From the NCBI RefSeq assembly GCF_006345805.1, contig NC_043005.1, forward strand, positions 4,650,001-4,714,000: DNA of 64,000 bases, given 5' to 3'. The position numbers and the translations under genes are program-made. The notes beneath the pieces were generated by a model, which saw nothing but the letters and a program-made list of their open reading frames with translations, did not search any database and was not told the DNA's origin. This document shows, one piece after another, positions 25,513-38,260 of this stretch. This DNA comes from Octopus sinensis. Lineage: Eukaryota. Position 1 is the first letter of the stretch. Every line of letters begins with the position of its first letter.

Positions 25513-25817
25513 TACATGTGTCTGTGGAGTGCCCAGCTACATGTGCATTAATTCCACAAGCAGGTTGTTCTGTTGATCGGATCAACTGCATCGTTGATCA
25601 TTGTAACCGACAGAGTGCCAATGCCAGTTGGTGTTATTGCTGTACGTGTCTGCAGGTTTTCTGGCAAAATCATTTTCGAAAATGTAGACCATTCAAGATA
25701 TCTGATGAATTATTCTGTCTATCATCTCTGCCAGGTTTTTTCAAATAAACACACACACACACGCACACACATTAAGACAAGAAAACTAAACCATTTACGC
25801 TTATTCTTTTTCTAAAG

Positions 25818-25947
25818 GTAACTCAAAGTCTTTCCCGTTCGGCCCTCGTGGCTTTAATAATCCTAAGTGTGGTCCAGTCTGTATGATGTACTGTGAATTT
25901 GGAAATGAGCTGGATGCAAGAGGATGCCCAATATGCAAATGTAAACA
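25818..25947 (+). CDS. Antistasin-like inhibitor, coding exon 2 (antistasin domain)
   Basis: Pyrimidine tract + AAG acceptor; NSKSFPFGPRGFNNPKCGPVCMMYCEFGNELDARGCPICKCK with C-x3-C-x3-C-x10-C-x2-C-x-C spacing and the G..LD.RGC motif; donor CA|GTGAGT. Confidence 0.9.
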
Positions 25948-26083
25948 GTGAGTAGAGTCAATCTTATCTTCTAAAATATTATTCTGGCGAGGTGCAAGCA
26001 TGAGGGTAACCTTAAAAGAAAACGGTCCCTTTCATAATATTTATATTGCATATATTTCTGTGTATGTTGTGTGTGTGTGTGTG

Positions 26084-26875
<792 letters not shown>

Positions 26876-27262
26876 GTTACAAGTTGAGATAGGGGTTGTA
26901 AGTGCAACCCTCCATGGGATAACATATATCCAATATACTGCTAGTGAAGTACCCAACAAAGTTAATACATAAATGTTAAGAATTGCGATGCAATTAATTC
27001 ATTTACTGTATTATATGGGCAAAGGTAAAATGTTTTACTACAAATTAATGATACAAAATAAGAAAATGGAGAAATACATCTTAATCAATGATCAACTACC
27101 AGATAATATCCAATCACATAATTTATTAAACCACTACACATGAAAATTAAGATCAAACATAATAATATAGACCAAAACAATGTACATGAAAGAGTAATAT
27201 GATACAATAAGTACAGTATGTATAAGTGAATATAAATAAATATAAATATAAATATAAACTAC

Positions 27263-27390
27263 ATCTTACAGCTGTTTCGGCCATGCAGATATGGGTGTCT
27301 CATTATGCTCATATTAGCCATGTGTGATAGGTCAATATGTAGTTATAAAGGAGACACTTAAATAAAAATATCCCAGGCCTCTTCAGAGAT
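27263..27390 (-). ncRNA. Type I hammerhead ribozyme motif, canonical core, 93-nt loop II
   Basis: rc: AUCU-CUGAAGA-GGCC-[93 nt]-GGCC-GAAA-CAGCUG-UA-AGAU; lies in a probable PLE-derived segment ~26876-27420. Confidence 0.75.
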
Positions 27391-27434
27391 TATGAAATAC
27401 AAACTCATATTTAATATAGAGATATATAAATATA

Positions 27435-28823
27435 TCTCTATATATATATAAACAACAAAATGTCTGTGTATCTGTGTGTCTGTGTGTCCTTTATACAAAT
27501 CCACAGTTTTTCACATAAAAGGCTCGCATTTTCTGTGGGCTTTCAAATCTGTCTGAGGGTGATTGTGAAGACCTTTTCATTTCCCCAGTCACCCCAGAAA
27601 GCCATTAAAAAAATCGATAAACTGACCCCTTATGCCCATAAGTTATGACTGTATCCATTCAAAATCGCTAAAACATAGAATTTTGTATGCGGTGTGTGCA
27701 TACAACTAGATACGCCAATAGACTGCCAGCTGTTTTTTGATTGGACGGAAATAATTTTACCCTTGACAGTTGAATGTACGTGCACATTTGCAGACAGTCT
27801 CTTTGACTCAGTGCACTTTTGTGTTTTGCAAAGACATGTTATCATGTGTTTTGGCTTTCAAACGTGAATGCTTTTCTGATTTGAGAAATGCAGGGAATAA
27901 TTAACGAGTTAGGATCTCCAAAGCTACATTCTTCAATGGTCCTTAATCCAATTCAGTTGTCCTCCTCCGAAACAACCTGCCATGCACATCTCCACAGCCA
28001 ATTTCCTCAACAGCCATGTCATTTAGAACCCCTAGGATGGGTTAGTGGTAGATCAGGATTGAAAGCTGCCTATTAGAGGCTCCTGAGCCCCCTTCCGTAA
28101 GGTTAGTCTAGGTTTTAGTTGAAGGCTTAGTTGTGTTCCGAACCTAACGCCCTCTGTTTCAGTGGATCGGGAGCCCAATTAGCCTTCTGGCAAAAAGGCA
28201 TACCTATTATTTATACCTTAGTTAACCTTGATGTCTTACGTGCTTCTCTGCGTCATGAACTTATAACCATTGACCTTACTGCGTTACTTGCCTCAATGCA
28301 TCATACTCATAAAATCACTCTGAATGCTGTTTTTTGTGCTCTGATTGCTCTGCCTTTTTGCCAGAATCAGCACTTTTCTTCCCACCATTGCTATTCACTC
28401 ATAGGACAAGGGGGTTGGTGTCAAAAGGGCTGGCATGTGCAACTTGGTCACCTCTACCAGTCAAACTCCCAACCCATGCGTTCCCGTCGCAACACTGATT
28501 GCACAGAACTGGGTTGGGTGTGAAACCAAAACTCAACAAATGAGTTTTATGCATATTTTCAAAATCCTGCTATTTTGCAGCCAAATTCAAGTTTTTCACT
28601 TTCTTCTGCCTCCTTTTTTTGTCCGACTAATGGCATGTGCACAGACCCACTAATCTTCCATGATTATGCCGTTCCAGGTGTGAAAACCCAAGTCCAATGA
28701 ATATTAATTACTGAAATGTGATAAGAAACTTAGTTCTTGATTTAGTGAGAAATTTTTACTGCGACCCGGCAACGAACAACAAGCATTAGCACTAGACCCG
28801 GCAACGCTGGGTCATAGTGCTAG
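27435..28823 (+). mobile_element. Non-autonomous Helitron-like element
   Basis: A|TCTCTATATATA 5' end, terminal hairpin AGCACTAGACCCGG-CAACG-CTGGGTCATAGTGCT, CTAG|T 3' end; shorter relative at 61848-62187(-). Confidence 0.7.
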
Positions 28824-28834
28824 TATAATTATAA

Positions 28835-29020
28835 ATTGAGAAAAAGTCAGAATTTGGGGAAAAAAATCCTTTTATTTCTTCATTATTATTAGAGCTTTCG
28901 TTCCTTTCTAGAACTTGTTAAATACAATTTTATTTGACAAGTCATAGAAAGGAACGAAAGCGCTAATAATGAAGAAATAAAAGGATTTTTTTCCCAAAAT
29001 TCTGACGACTTTTTCTCAAT
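28835..29020. repeat. Foldback of two inverted hammerhead-like (U3-A8) segments
   Basis: Arms ~28835-28924 / 28931-29020; + strand 28930-28970 reads UUAU-UUGACAA-GUCA-UAGAAAG-GAAC-GAAA-GCGC-UA-AUAA. Confidence 0.75.
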
Positions 29021-29580
29021 AGTCAATTTCTGTATATCACACCTAACACTCTATACATATATATATGTATATGTGAGAAGACCTTGCAGGACAAGTGAGA
29101 CCAGAACACATGGCCTTTCCCTGGGATGTACCTTATGCATACCTTTCCTTCTTTGGACACAAAACTCTACTTGCGAAGACCTGTTGAGGCAAATGAAATC
29201 AAAATCGATAAAAAAAAATCAATGGAAATTGTAGTTATGATATCCGTGCCAGAGGGACGTAAAAAGCACCATCCAAACGTGGCCGTTGCCAGCGCAGCCT
29301 CGACAGGCTTCCGTGCCGGTGGCACGTAAAACGCACCAACCGATCGTGGCCAATGCCAGCCTCACCTGGCACCTGTGCCGGTGGCATGTAAAAAGCACCC
29401 ACTACACTCATTGAGTGATTGGCATTAAGAAGGGCATCCAGCTGTAGAAACACTGCCAGATCAAACTGGTGCAGCCCCCTGGTTTGCTAGTCCCCAGTCA
29501 AACCATCCAACCCATGCCAGCATGGAAAACGGACGTTAAATGATTATGATGATGATGATGATGATATATATATATATAAA

Positions 29581-30193
29581 CATTATTAAATCTCAGAGCG
29601 AGATGTAAACAGTAACCACTCAACAACGTAAAGTATAAAAGCTATCTCAATATGGCTAACCACAAAGTGGGGGTAGCTTTTAGCCCCAGGAGATCGACAT
29701 CTCCTGCTGGCTTTAGACACACTTTCTGTGCCCTTCAGGTATTTGCAAAGGGAAGCCATCCCTTCCTCGTAAGCCTTAGTGATATGCACCGGACCGCGGT
29801 TTCGAGATTATTGTCTCGGCTTTTATAATTTACGTTGTTGAGCGGTTACTGTTTACATCTCGCTCTGAGATTTAATAATGCTTACAGTCAGTTTTTCAAA
29901 ATCAGTGGCAGACGTCACTAGAAAAACTCTTATATATTTGCAAAGCAAGCCTTGCCTTTCATCGTGACCTGGTGGTTACCGCCCATTGATAAGAGACAAT
30001 AATCTCGAAACCGCGGTCCAGTGCGTATCACTAAGGCTTACGAGGAAGAGATGGCTTCCTTTTGCAAATACCTGAAGGGCACAAAAAGTGTGCCTAAAGC
30101 CAGCTGGAGACGTCGATCACCTGGGGCTAAAAGCTACAGTAACACCCCCACTTTGTGGTAAGCCATATTGAGATGGCTTTTATACTTTACGTT
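29581..30193. repeat. Interleaved inverted repeats A-B-A'-C-B' (PLE pLTR-like)
   Basis: 29581-29642 vs rc 29819-29880; ~29626-29817 vs rc 29993-30193; hammerhead-like motif 29986-30018. Confidence 0.8.
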
Positions 30194-30216
30194 ATATATA
30201 TATATATATATATATA

Positions 30217-30373
30217 TAGTAATCCCTTGCTGTATCACGGTTCATTATTTAAGCTTATGTCAATTCCTCCGTGGTGGAATATACAGTACAGTACAGTATT
30301 ATTTTTCCTTTGAATTTTCACCTATGGTGGGAGGTTTTGGAACGTAACACCTGCAATAGTCAAGGGATTACTG
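30217..30373. mobile_element. pogo/Tigger-type MITE
   Basis: TIRs (T)AGTAATCCCTTG / CAAGGGATTACTG flanked by TA. Confidence 0.65.
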
Positions 30374-30508
30374 TATGTGTGTGTGTGTAAAAAGGTTGAA
30401 TCAAATTTTGTCCTTTAGTTTGGAGGATTCCAAAAAAGATTTGTAATATAGATTCTTCATATTTTGCTGGTAGCATACTGGTGAAAGAGTGCGCAAATGA
30501 AAATAATA

Positions 30509-30681
30509 CTTGTATATGGTGAGTTGTGAATTTATGGAAAGGAGTCCCATAAAACTCAGCAAATTTCTTAAAAACGGAGAAGAGAAAATGTTGAAATGTC
30601 ATCTTCTCTTCTCCATTTTTAAGAAATTTGCTGAGTTTTATGGGATTCCTTTCCATAAATTCACAACTCACCATATACAAG
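30509..30681. repeat. Near-perfect foldback, ~82-bp arms
   Basis: CTTGTATATGGTGAGTTGTGAATTTATGG... / ...CCATAAATTCACAACTCACCATATACAAG; ~9-nt loop. Confidence 0.85.
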
Positions 30682-30771
30682 CACATATATATATATGTAT
30701 ATATATATATGTGTGTGTGTGTGTATATGTATATATTTATATATATATATATATGTGTGTGTGTATATGTA

Positions 30772-30815
<44 letters not shown>

Positions 30816-31529
30816 GAGAAAGAAAGAGAAAGAGAGAGTGCTGTTCTACACAGTTTCCATCTACGACATCCTCTTAGAAGGCATTGGTCAGTCTTGCGCC
30901 ATAGTAGAAGAAAACACTTGACCAATGTGTTACCAGTGAGTGCTGAACTACCTAGGCTGTGTGGTAAGTCGCTTGTTTACCAACCACATGGTTCCAAGTT
31001 CATTCCCACTATGTGGCACCTTGGGCAAGTGTCTTCTACTATAGCCTCGGGCCGACCAAAGCTTTGTGAGTGGATTTGGTAGATGGAAACTGGAAGAAGC
31101 CTGTCATATATATGTATATATATATATGTAAGTGTGTGTGTGTTTGTCTCCCCAAACATCGCTTGACAACCGATTTGGTGTGTTTACGTCCCCGTAACTT
31201 AGCGGTTTGGCAAAAGAGACCGATAGAATAAGTACTAGGCTTACAAAGAATAAGTCCTGGGGTCGATTTTCTCGACTAAAGGTGGTGCTCCAGCATGGCC
31301 ACAGTCAAATGACTGAAACAAATAGAAGAGTAAAAGAGTTTGGCTGCAAAGTGAACTTTTCTAACTCAGACAGAAATGTCTTTACCAAATACAAGAAATT
31401 ATATTAAAACAAAACAGAACAAAAAAACTTTAAAAAAAGCAATAATGCTATAGTGTTGTTGTGCTTGTTGTTGTTGGTGTTGTTGTTAGTGTGACTGTAT
31501 GCTTAGCCTTCTCTTTTTTATCATTTCAG

Positions 31530-31542
31530 GGCACCAAAATGA
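31530..31542 (+). CDS. Antistasin-like inhibitor, putative terminal coding exon (Q-A-P-K-stop)
   Basis: Strong acceptor CTTCTCTTTTTTATCATTTCAG|G; phase 2 matches the exon 2 donor. If exon 2 is not spliced, it reads CKQ-stop instead. Confidence 0.5.
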
Positions 31543-32144
31543 TGACAGCAAATGATGACCAGCTCTGAATAGTGGAACATGACTCATGATAAATTTATAG
31601 GAAGATGACCACGGTGATGAAGATGATGATGGTGGTGGTGGTGGTGGTGGTTGTGTGAGTGATGGTATTAGTGAAGATGAAGATGTTCATGATGATGATT
31701 ATGATAATGGAGGTTATAGGTGGCGGCAGCGGTGGTGGCGGTAGTGGTGGTGGTGGTAGTGGTGACTTAACCAGTCCACACCTGTTTTTACATATTTTTC
31801 AGTTGTAAAGTTAATTGCCATAAAACACTCACAAGCCCCAAATACAATATTAATTATTTAACTTGTTTCAGTCACTGAACTGTGGCCAGGGTGGGGCACA
31901 ACATTGGCGAAATTCTTTTCTTTTCTTTTTCGACCTTATTGACCCCAGAATTTATTTTTAAATATGGTCCCTTATTTTTGCAATCACTGTTTTGTCACAT
32001 TGCTATGTAAGGGAACAACATAAAACACACAGAAAATGGGATATTTGTGTGTGTGTGTGTGTGTGTGTAATTCAGTCAATGCCAACTGTGGAAATAAACA
32101 ATAGACACGAATATGCACACATGTATATATATCTTTGTATAAAG

Positions 32145-32180
<36 letters not shown>

Positions 32181-32339
32181 GTGTGTAGCAAGCAGATCTC
32201 TGCCTCAGATTTAGATCCAACTATTTTCTTTGCAAATAAAATACACAAAGAAACAAACAAGATCTTTCAAACTCAGTCATGAGATCTGTTGCATAGAGAC
32301 ACTGTGTGTGTGTATACACACACATATATATATATACAT

Positions 32340-32370
<31 letters not shown>

Positions 32371-32439
32371 AACATGTATATATACATATACGTACACATA
32401 TATATATGACATGTATGTATATACATACATATACATATA

Positions 32440-32476
<37 letters not shown>

Positions 32477-32496
32477 GTAGTAGTAGTAGTAGTAAA

Positions 32497-32530
<34 letters not shown>

Positions 32531-32550
32531 GTAGTAGTAGTAGTAGTAAA

Positions 32551-32587
<37 letters not shown>

Positions 32588-32810
32588 TTAGGGAGTATAA
32601 CTCCGAACTTACTAGGAAAAATTCAATTTAGAATTAAATCAAATTTCACAGTATTAAAACAAATATGTTTTATAAAAATATATATTATTTGTTATTTATG
32701 TTTTGGTTTATGTCTATCAATGTTTGAGTTGCATAATAGTGGTTTTATCTCTAATTTATATTTTACATATATATACATGTATGTAGACATATATATATAT
32801 ATATACATAC

Positions 32811-32886
<76 letters not shown>

Positions 32887-33286
32887 GTATATATAAAGGG
32901 TAAAGACCCCCTTCGGTCATGAATGACCATGGGATTGTACCTAGAAAGTTACCCTCCTAGACACAAGTCCGGGCAAGGTTGTTTATGGAAGACCAGCAGT
33001 CGCCCATGCATACCAGCCTCCCCTCTCCACGCCACCAGTGTTATCCAAGGGAAAGACAAAGGTCGATATAGCTTGGCACCAGTGACGTCGCAACTCATTT
33101 CTACAGTTGAGTGAACTGGAGCAACGTGAAATAAAGTGCCTTGCTCAAGAACACAACACGCAGCCCGGTCCGGGATTCGAGCTCACAACCTCACGATCGT
33201 AAGCTCGACGCTCTAACCACTGAGCCATGTATATATACATGTCTATATATATACATATATAGACATGTATGTATATACATGTGTCC

Positions 33287-33420
33287 CTTTCTGTAGAAAA
33301 GCATAGGCTCGAAACGTAAAAGACTTTTTCTATTCCTGAGCGTTATACTAATACATATGTTTGTTTTGTACACCACCTGTCTTCCTCTTTTGTTTTTTTG
33401 TGAACTCTCCAACTCTCCCC
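33287..33420 (+). mobile_element. Solo PLE pLTR fragment with U6-variant hammerhead motif
   Basis: CUUU-CUGUAGA-A-AAGC-AUAG-GCUC-GAAA-CG-UA-AAAG (33287-33322) followed by the same tail as 11538 and 48878. Confidence 0.7.
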
Positions 33421-33428
33421 CTATACAT

Positions 33429-33469
<41 letters not shown>

Positions 33470-36400
33470 TGTATGTATATACATACATATACATATTTAC
33501 ATATATGTGTGTGTGTGTGATCTGTATAAACATAATGTGATAAAGTGTTCCCCTGAAGAACTGCTGTGGATCTACATCCAATTGCACTATGAACACCCGT
33601 GGCAGAGGATGCAAATAATGATAATGATGAACTATACATTAGGAACAAGTGGTATAAACTGTGTCTTGTTTATTGTACTTTCCACTCACACACACACATA
33701 TTCATTCAAAGGGCTTCCTCACAGTCTCCATCTACCTATTCACTCACAAGGTAATTGTTGGTTTGCATCTACAGTGAAAGATTTTCAACCAAAATACCAA
33801 ATTGTGGGAGCAACCTTAAGACGATGTGGTTACAAGATGAACTCTTTAACCACGTAGCCAAGCGTTTGCTTAATCATACAAGGATATTTTTTATATTGTT
33901 AAAAGACTTATTATTATTATGTAATAATTATTAATCTCAATAAATATTCTATTAAATATAAACGGAGGTTTTATTTGTTGCTCAATTGGTTCTGTTTTTA
34001 CCTGATCATTAATAAACCAGAAATCGAAATCAATCAAAAATCAATGGAAATTGTAGTTGTGATCCCTGTGCCAGTGGCACGTAAAAAGTACCATCCGAAC
34101 GTGGCCGATGCCAGTGCCGCCTTGACTGGATTCCATGCCTGTGGCACATAAAAAGCACCAACCGATCATGGCCGTTGCCAGCCTTGCCTGGCACCTCTGC
34201 CGGTGGCACGTAAAAAGCACCCACTACACTCTCGGAGTGGTTGGCATTAGGAAGGGCATCCAGCTGTAGAAACACTGCCAGATCAGACTGGAGCCTGGTG
34301 CAGCCTCCTGGCTTCCCAGCTCCTGGTCGAACCGTCCAACCCATGCTAGCATGGAAAACGGACATTAAACAATGATGATGAGGATGTTACTTCATTAATA
34401 AACCATTAATTAACCAACAGATCATTAATGAAGCAATGAGGTGTTATTTTCTACTTCAATAAGATCCTTTGCCAAGAAGAGCATAATATCTAACGTTTCA
34501 GTATTTGCCTTTCATCTGTGAGTCACCGAAAGGACTTGGGTGAGACCAGATAAATTGTTACCCTGGGAGCAGAATTTCTAATGAAAAAATTATGTAAATT
34601 AATCTCATCATTGTTTAATGTCCATATTCCATGATGGTATGGGATGGATGATTTAACAAGGCTCAGTCGGCTCAAAGACTTCATGCTCCGAAGTCTACTT
34701 TGGTAAGGTTTCAATGGCTGGATGCCCTTACTAATGGCAACCACTATATAGCGTGCCCCACTGCTTTTTTCATGGCACCAGCACTAATGAGGTTACCATG
34801 CAGCCTGCAAGTCAAAAATAGTATGCCTTTCGTCTAATGCAGAAGGGCACTGGTGATTCATGGTGTTGTTGCTTTGACAAGGAGTAAATAAATGAAGAGA
34901 CTGTTACTGAAGGAAGGAAATGGCCAAGAGAGGATGGAGTTGTGTGAGGGTTTTAGGTAAGAGTTCTTATGTGAATGAGTTGAAAGCTAATAATTGGGGC
35001 TGGGAGAGTCATTACCTGAAATGCAAACAAAATAAAGCAAGGGGAAAAATTCAAATAAAAAGGTCTGTACCCTAAGCAGATAGAGGAGACAAAGGGCAAC
35101 CATAGCTAGAATTTGTGAAGCTGCATCACTTAGCCGTTGGCTCATGATTGGAAGGGCATGAGTTCAATGCTCAGAGGCTCACTGTGTGCTTGAGCAAGAA
35201 ACTTGATTTTTCACTGCTTCAGTCTACTCACCTGGCAAAAATGAATTGTACCTGTAATTTAAAAGGGGCCAGCCTTGTCACATTCTGTGATACCAAAATT
35301 TAAGTTTCTATTGTTTCTCGTTAATTTCACAAGCAGGCTGTTCCATTGATTGGATAAACTGTATCCCTCATCATCATAACCAACAGTGTGTCAGTATAAC
35401 TAAAGTTAAGGCGGCAAACTGGCAGAAACGTTAGCACGCTGGGGGAAATGCTTACCAGTATTTTGTCTGCGGTTACATTCTGAGTTCAAATTCCGCCAAG
35501 GTTGACTTTGCCTTTCATCCTTTTGGGGTCGATAAATTAAGTACCAGTTACGCACTGGGGTCGATGTAATCGACTTAATCCCTTTGTCTGTCCTTGTTTG
35601 TCCCCTCTGTGTTTAGCCCCTTGTGGGCAATAAAGAAATAAGTATAACTAAAATTTAAATATTTACAGACATAGACAACCTCCTGCACAGAAGCAAAGCC
35701 GACAGTTCAGAATCATAAGAAGTCAAGGTATTCATTCATTCTGCAAGGGGAAGAAGTTTCTAGGTTTAAGATAAAAAGGTTTTTTCCTGTGGATGTTTGA
35801 TGAGTTGCAGTATAGAATAACTGATACTTCATTTTAACAACCCCGAAAAGATGAAAGGCAAAGTCAGCTTCCATGGAATTTGAAATCAGAACATAATGAC
35901 AGATGAAATGCTGCTAAGCATTTAGTCCAGCATGCTAATGATTCTGCCAGCTCACTGCCTCCTCATCAGCACTAATAACAACAATAGTTAATTAGGTGAG
36001 AATATATATTTAATCTTCAAACTACGAACACTTCTAACGCTAACGAATCTGAAACTGCCTCTTTTTCTATGATACAAACGTGCTGTTTCAAAGTAATCCT
36101 AATTAAAACCTTCCGTCAAAGTTTCATGCTAATTAATATATGTTCCAAACACCAATTATTTTACTAAATTCTTCGTTATTTCCAAAATTAATTGAAACAA
36201 AATCTGTATATTTCAACAGAAATAGAATATCAAAAGGATAAAAGTGAACCAAAGCAAAACCTTCCATCAAAATTTAAAGTTAATTTATATTCCAAAGACC
36301 AGCTTGATAAATTTTTTTAATTAGCTGAAACGAAAATCCGTGTATTTCAACAGAAATATGATAACAAAAGGGTTTAAAAGCTAAATGTAAGAGCAAGCAA

Positions 36401-36499
36401 TTCTTTTTATTTTTTTTTTGTTTCCATAACATAATTATTCTTTTAATAGATTATGTTCCATAATGAAACTTTTGAACGAATCTTACTTAAGATGTGTAG

Positions 36500-36629
36500 G
36501 GTGAATAAACTTAAGGCCATTTGCTAATTTCAGAGTCTGGTGAATAAACTTAAGGCCATTTGCTAATTTCAGAGTCTGGTGAATAAACTTAAGGCCATTT
36601 GCTAATTTCAGAGTCTGGTGAATAAACTT
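36500..36629. repeat. Perfect 39-bp minisatellite, 3.3 copies
   Basis: Unit GGTGAATAAACTTAAGGCCATTTGCTAATTTCAGAGTCT, head to tail, no spacers. Confidence 0.95.
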
Positions 36630-37966
36630 GTGACACCGTTAATTTTGCAAGCTCCTCCACACTTGACTTGGCTAAATTAGGAGAAAGCGGAAGAACATGA
36701 TTCTAATAAGAATCAAAATTACCATTTGCCAAACATTCTCCCTCTCTCTCTCTGTTTTTATATTGGGTTTGGCATCAACTTCTCTGAAGACACTCACAAC
36801 ATTGAATCATACGACTGCCACAGAAGGCCTCATCTTCATATAGTGTTTTTGCTGTTTTTGTTTAACTCCAGGTCAGTCTCAACTGAGCAGGCCTATGAGC
36901 AAAAAAGCATTCTAGCCATGGCCATCCCATATTTTCAGGCTTTCTCACAAACTACAATAGTGTTTCTCAAACATTCTAACAATCATCTCTTTTCATTTAC
37001 CAAAACCTTTTACAAAACCCTCAATGCACTCCCACCCCATCAATTTTTTAGGGCCATACGCATAAGGCATGTGGCCTGGTGGTTATGCCATTGCACTCAA
37101 TATCACTAGATTGTGGGTTTGATTCCAGAACTGAGCAGTGTACTGTGCTTTTGAGCAAAACACTTCATTTCATGTTGCTCTAGTGGCAGAATCGTTGATG
37201 TATTGGCAGAAATGCTTTACAGTATACCTTTCAGCTCCCTACATTCTGAGTTCACAGTCTGTGGCATGGCTGGCCCTTTGAAATACAGGTACTACTCATT
37301 TTTGCTAGCTGAGTGGACTGGAGCAACATGAAATAATGTGTCTTGCTCAATGGCACACTGTGCAACCAGGAATAAAACTCCTGATTGTGAGCCAAGTACC
37401 CTAACCACTTGGCCACACACCTACACAATGTGTCTGAACAATAGATGGAGGGATCTCAGCTGAAGTGCTTTCGGTTCTTGCTCTGTTTCGTTGACACTAA
37501 ACAAGAACAGTTAATAGAACAGTTAACTGTTCTTGACAACAATAACAATTAATAGGGTGGAAACCTATTTAATCCCTGGAGCTTTGAAAAATCTTGAAAT
37601 AGGATCCTTTTTTAATAGATTATCTTCCAAAGAAATTATTTGAAGGCTTTTGTTGAATAAATTCCAAGACATAACTTCATCTTGGCTGCTGAGTTAAGTT
37701 TCCAGTCTGCAGTATTTTATGTGTAAACATATTTAAAAGGGCCAGCCATGTCATAGACTGTGTCATGCTGAATCTCTCTAAGAATAATGTCATGAGTACG
37801 TGTCTGTGGAGCACTCGTCCACATACACATTAATTTCATGAACAGGTTGTTCTGTTGGTTGAATCAATTGGAACCCTTGGCATTGTAACAGACACTATGC
37901 TGGTATGTGTGTGTGTGTGTGTGGGTATGTATATATGTGTGTGTGTGTGTGTGTGTGGTGTGTGTG

Positions 37967-38260
37967 TGGAGGCGCAATGGCCCAGTGGTTAGGGCAGCTG
38001 ACTCGCGGTTTTGATTCCCAGACCGGGCGTTGTGAGTGTTTATTGAGCAAAAACACCTAAAGCTCCACGAGGCTCCGGCAGGGGGTGGTGGCAATCCCTG
38101 CTGTACTCTTTCGCCACAACTTTCTCTCACTCTTTCTTCTGTTGGCCTGCTCACTTAGCCAGCAGGGTGGCATCATTTGAAGGCTAAAACAATGTTAAGC
38201 GCATTGTGACCAGCGATGAGTAGCAACATCTGATAGCCTGGTCAGTCACGGTGATCACGG
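37967..38260 (+). mobile_element. tRNA-derived SINE (same family as 1756-2081)
   Basis: GGAGGCGCAATGGCCCAGTGGTTAGGGCAG head. Confidence 0.8.

Noticed and set aside
26888-26944. [18 protein letters not shown] as an extra antistasin exon
   Set aside because: No pyrimidine-tract acceptor, Cys spacing does not fit, and it lies in the repeat segment downstream of the 27263 hammerhead.
31600-31770. Acidic/Gly-rich reading frame (EDDHGDEDDDGGGG...)
   Set aside because: GAT/GGT trinucleotide repeats after the predicted stop; likely 3' UTR.
33549-33610. Hammerhead-like remnant CTGAAGA...CACCCGTG
   Set aside because: GAAA and stem I are disrupted; treated as decayed, not called.
34502-34539. YLPFICESPKGL as a C-type-lectin-like micro-exon
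   Set aside because: No partner exons found; TTTGCCTTTCATC matches the SINE central domain.
36500-36629. Possible CRISPR array
   Set aside because: Units are contiguous with no unique spacers; eukaryotic context; no cas genes.
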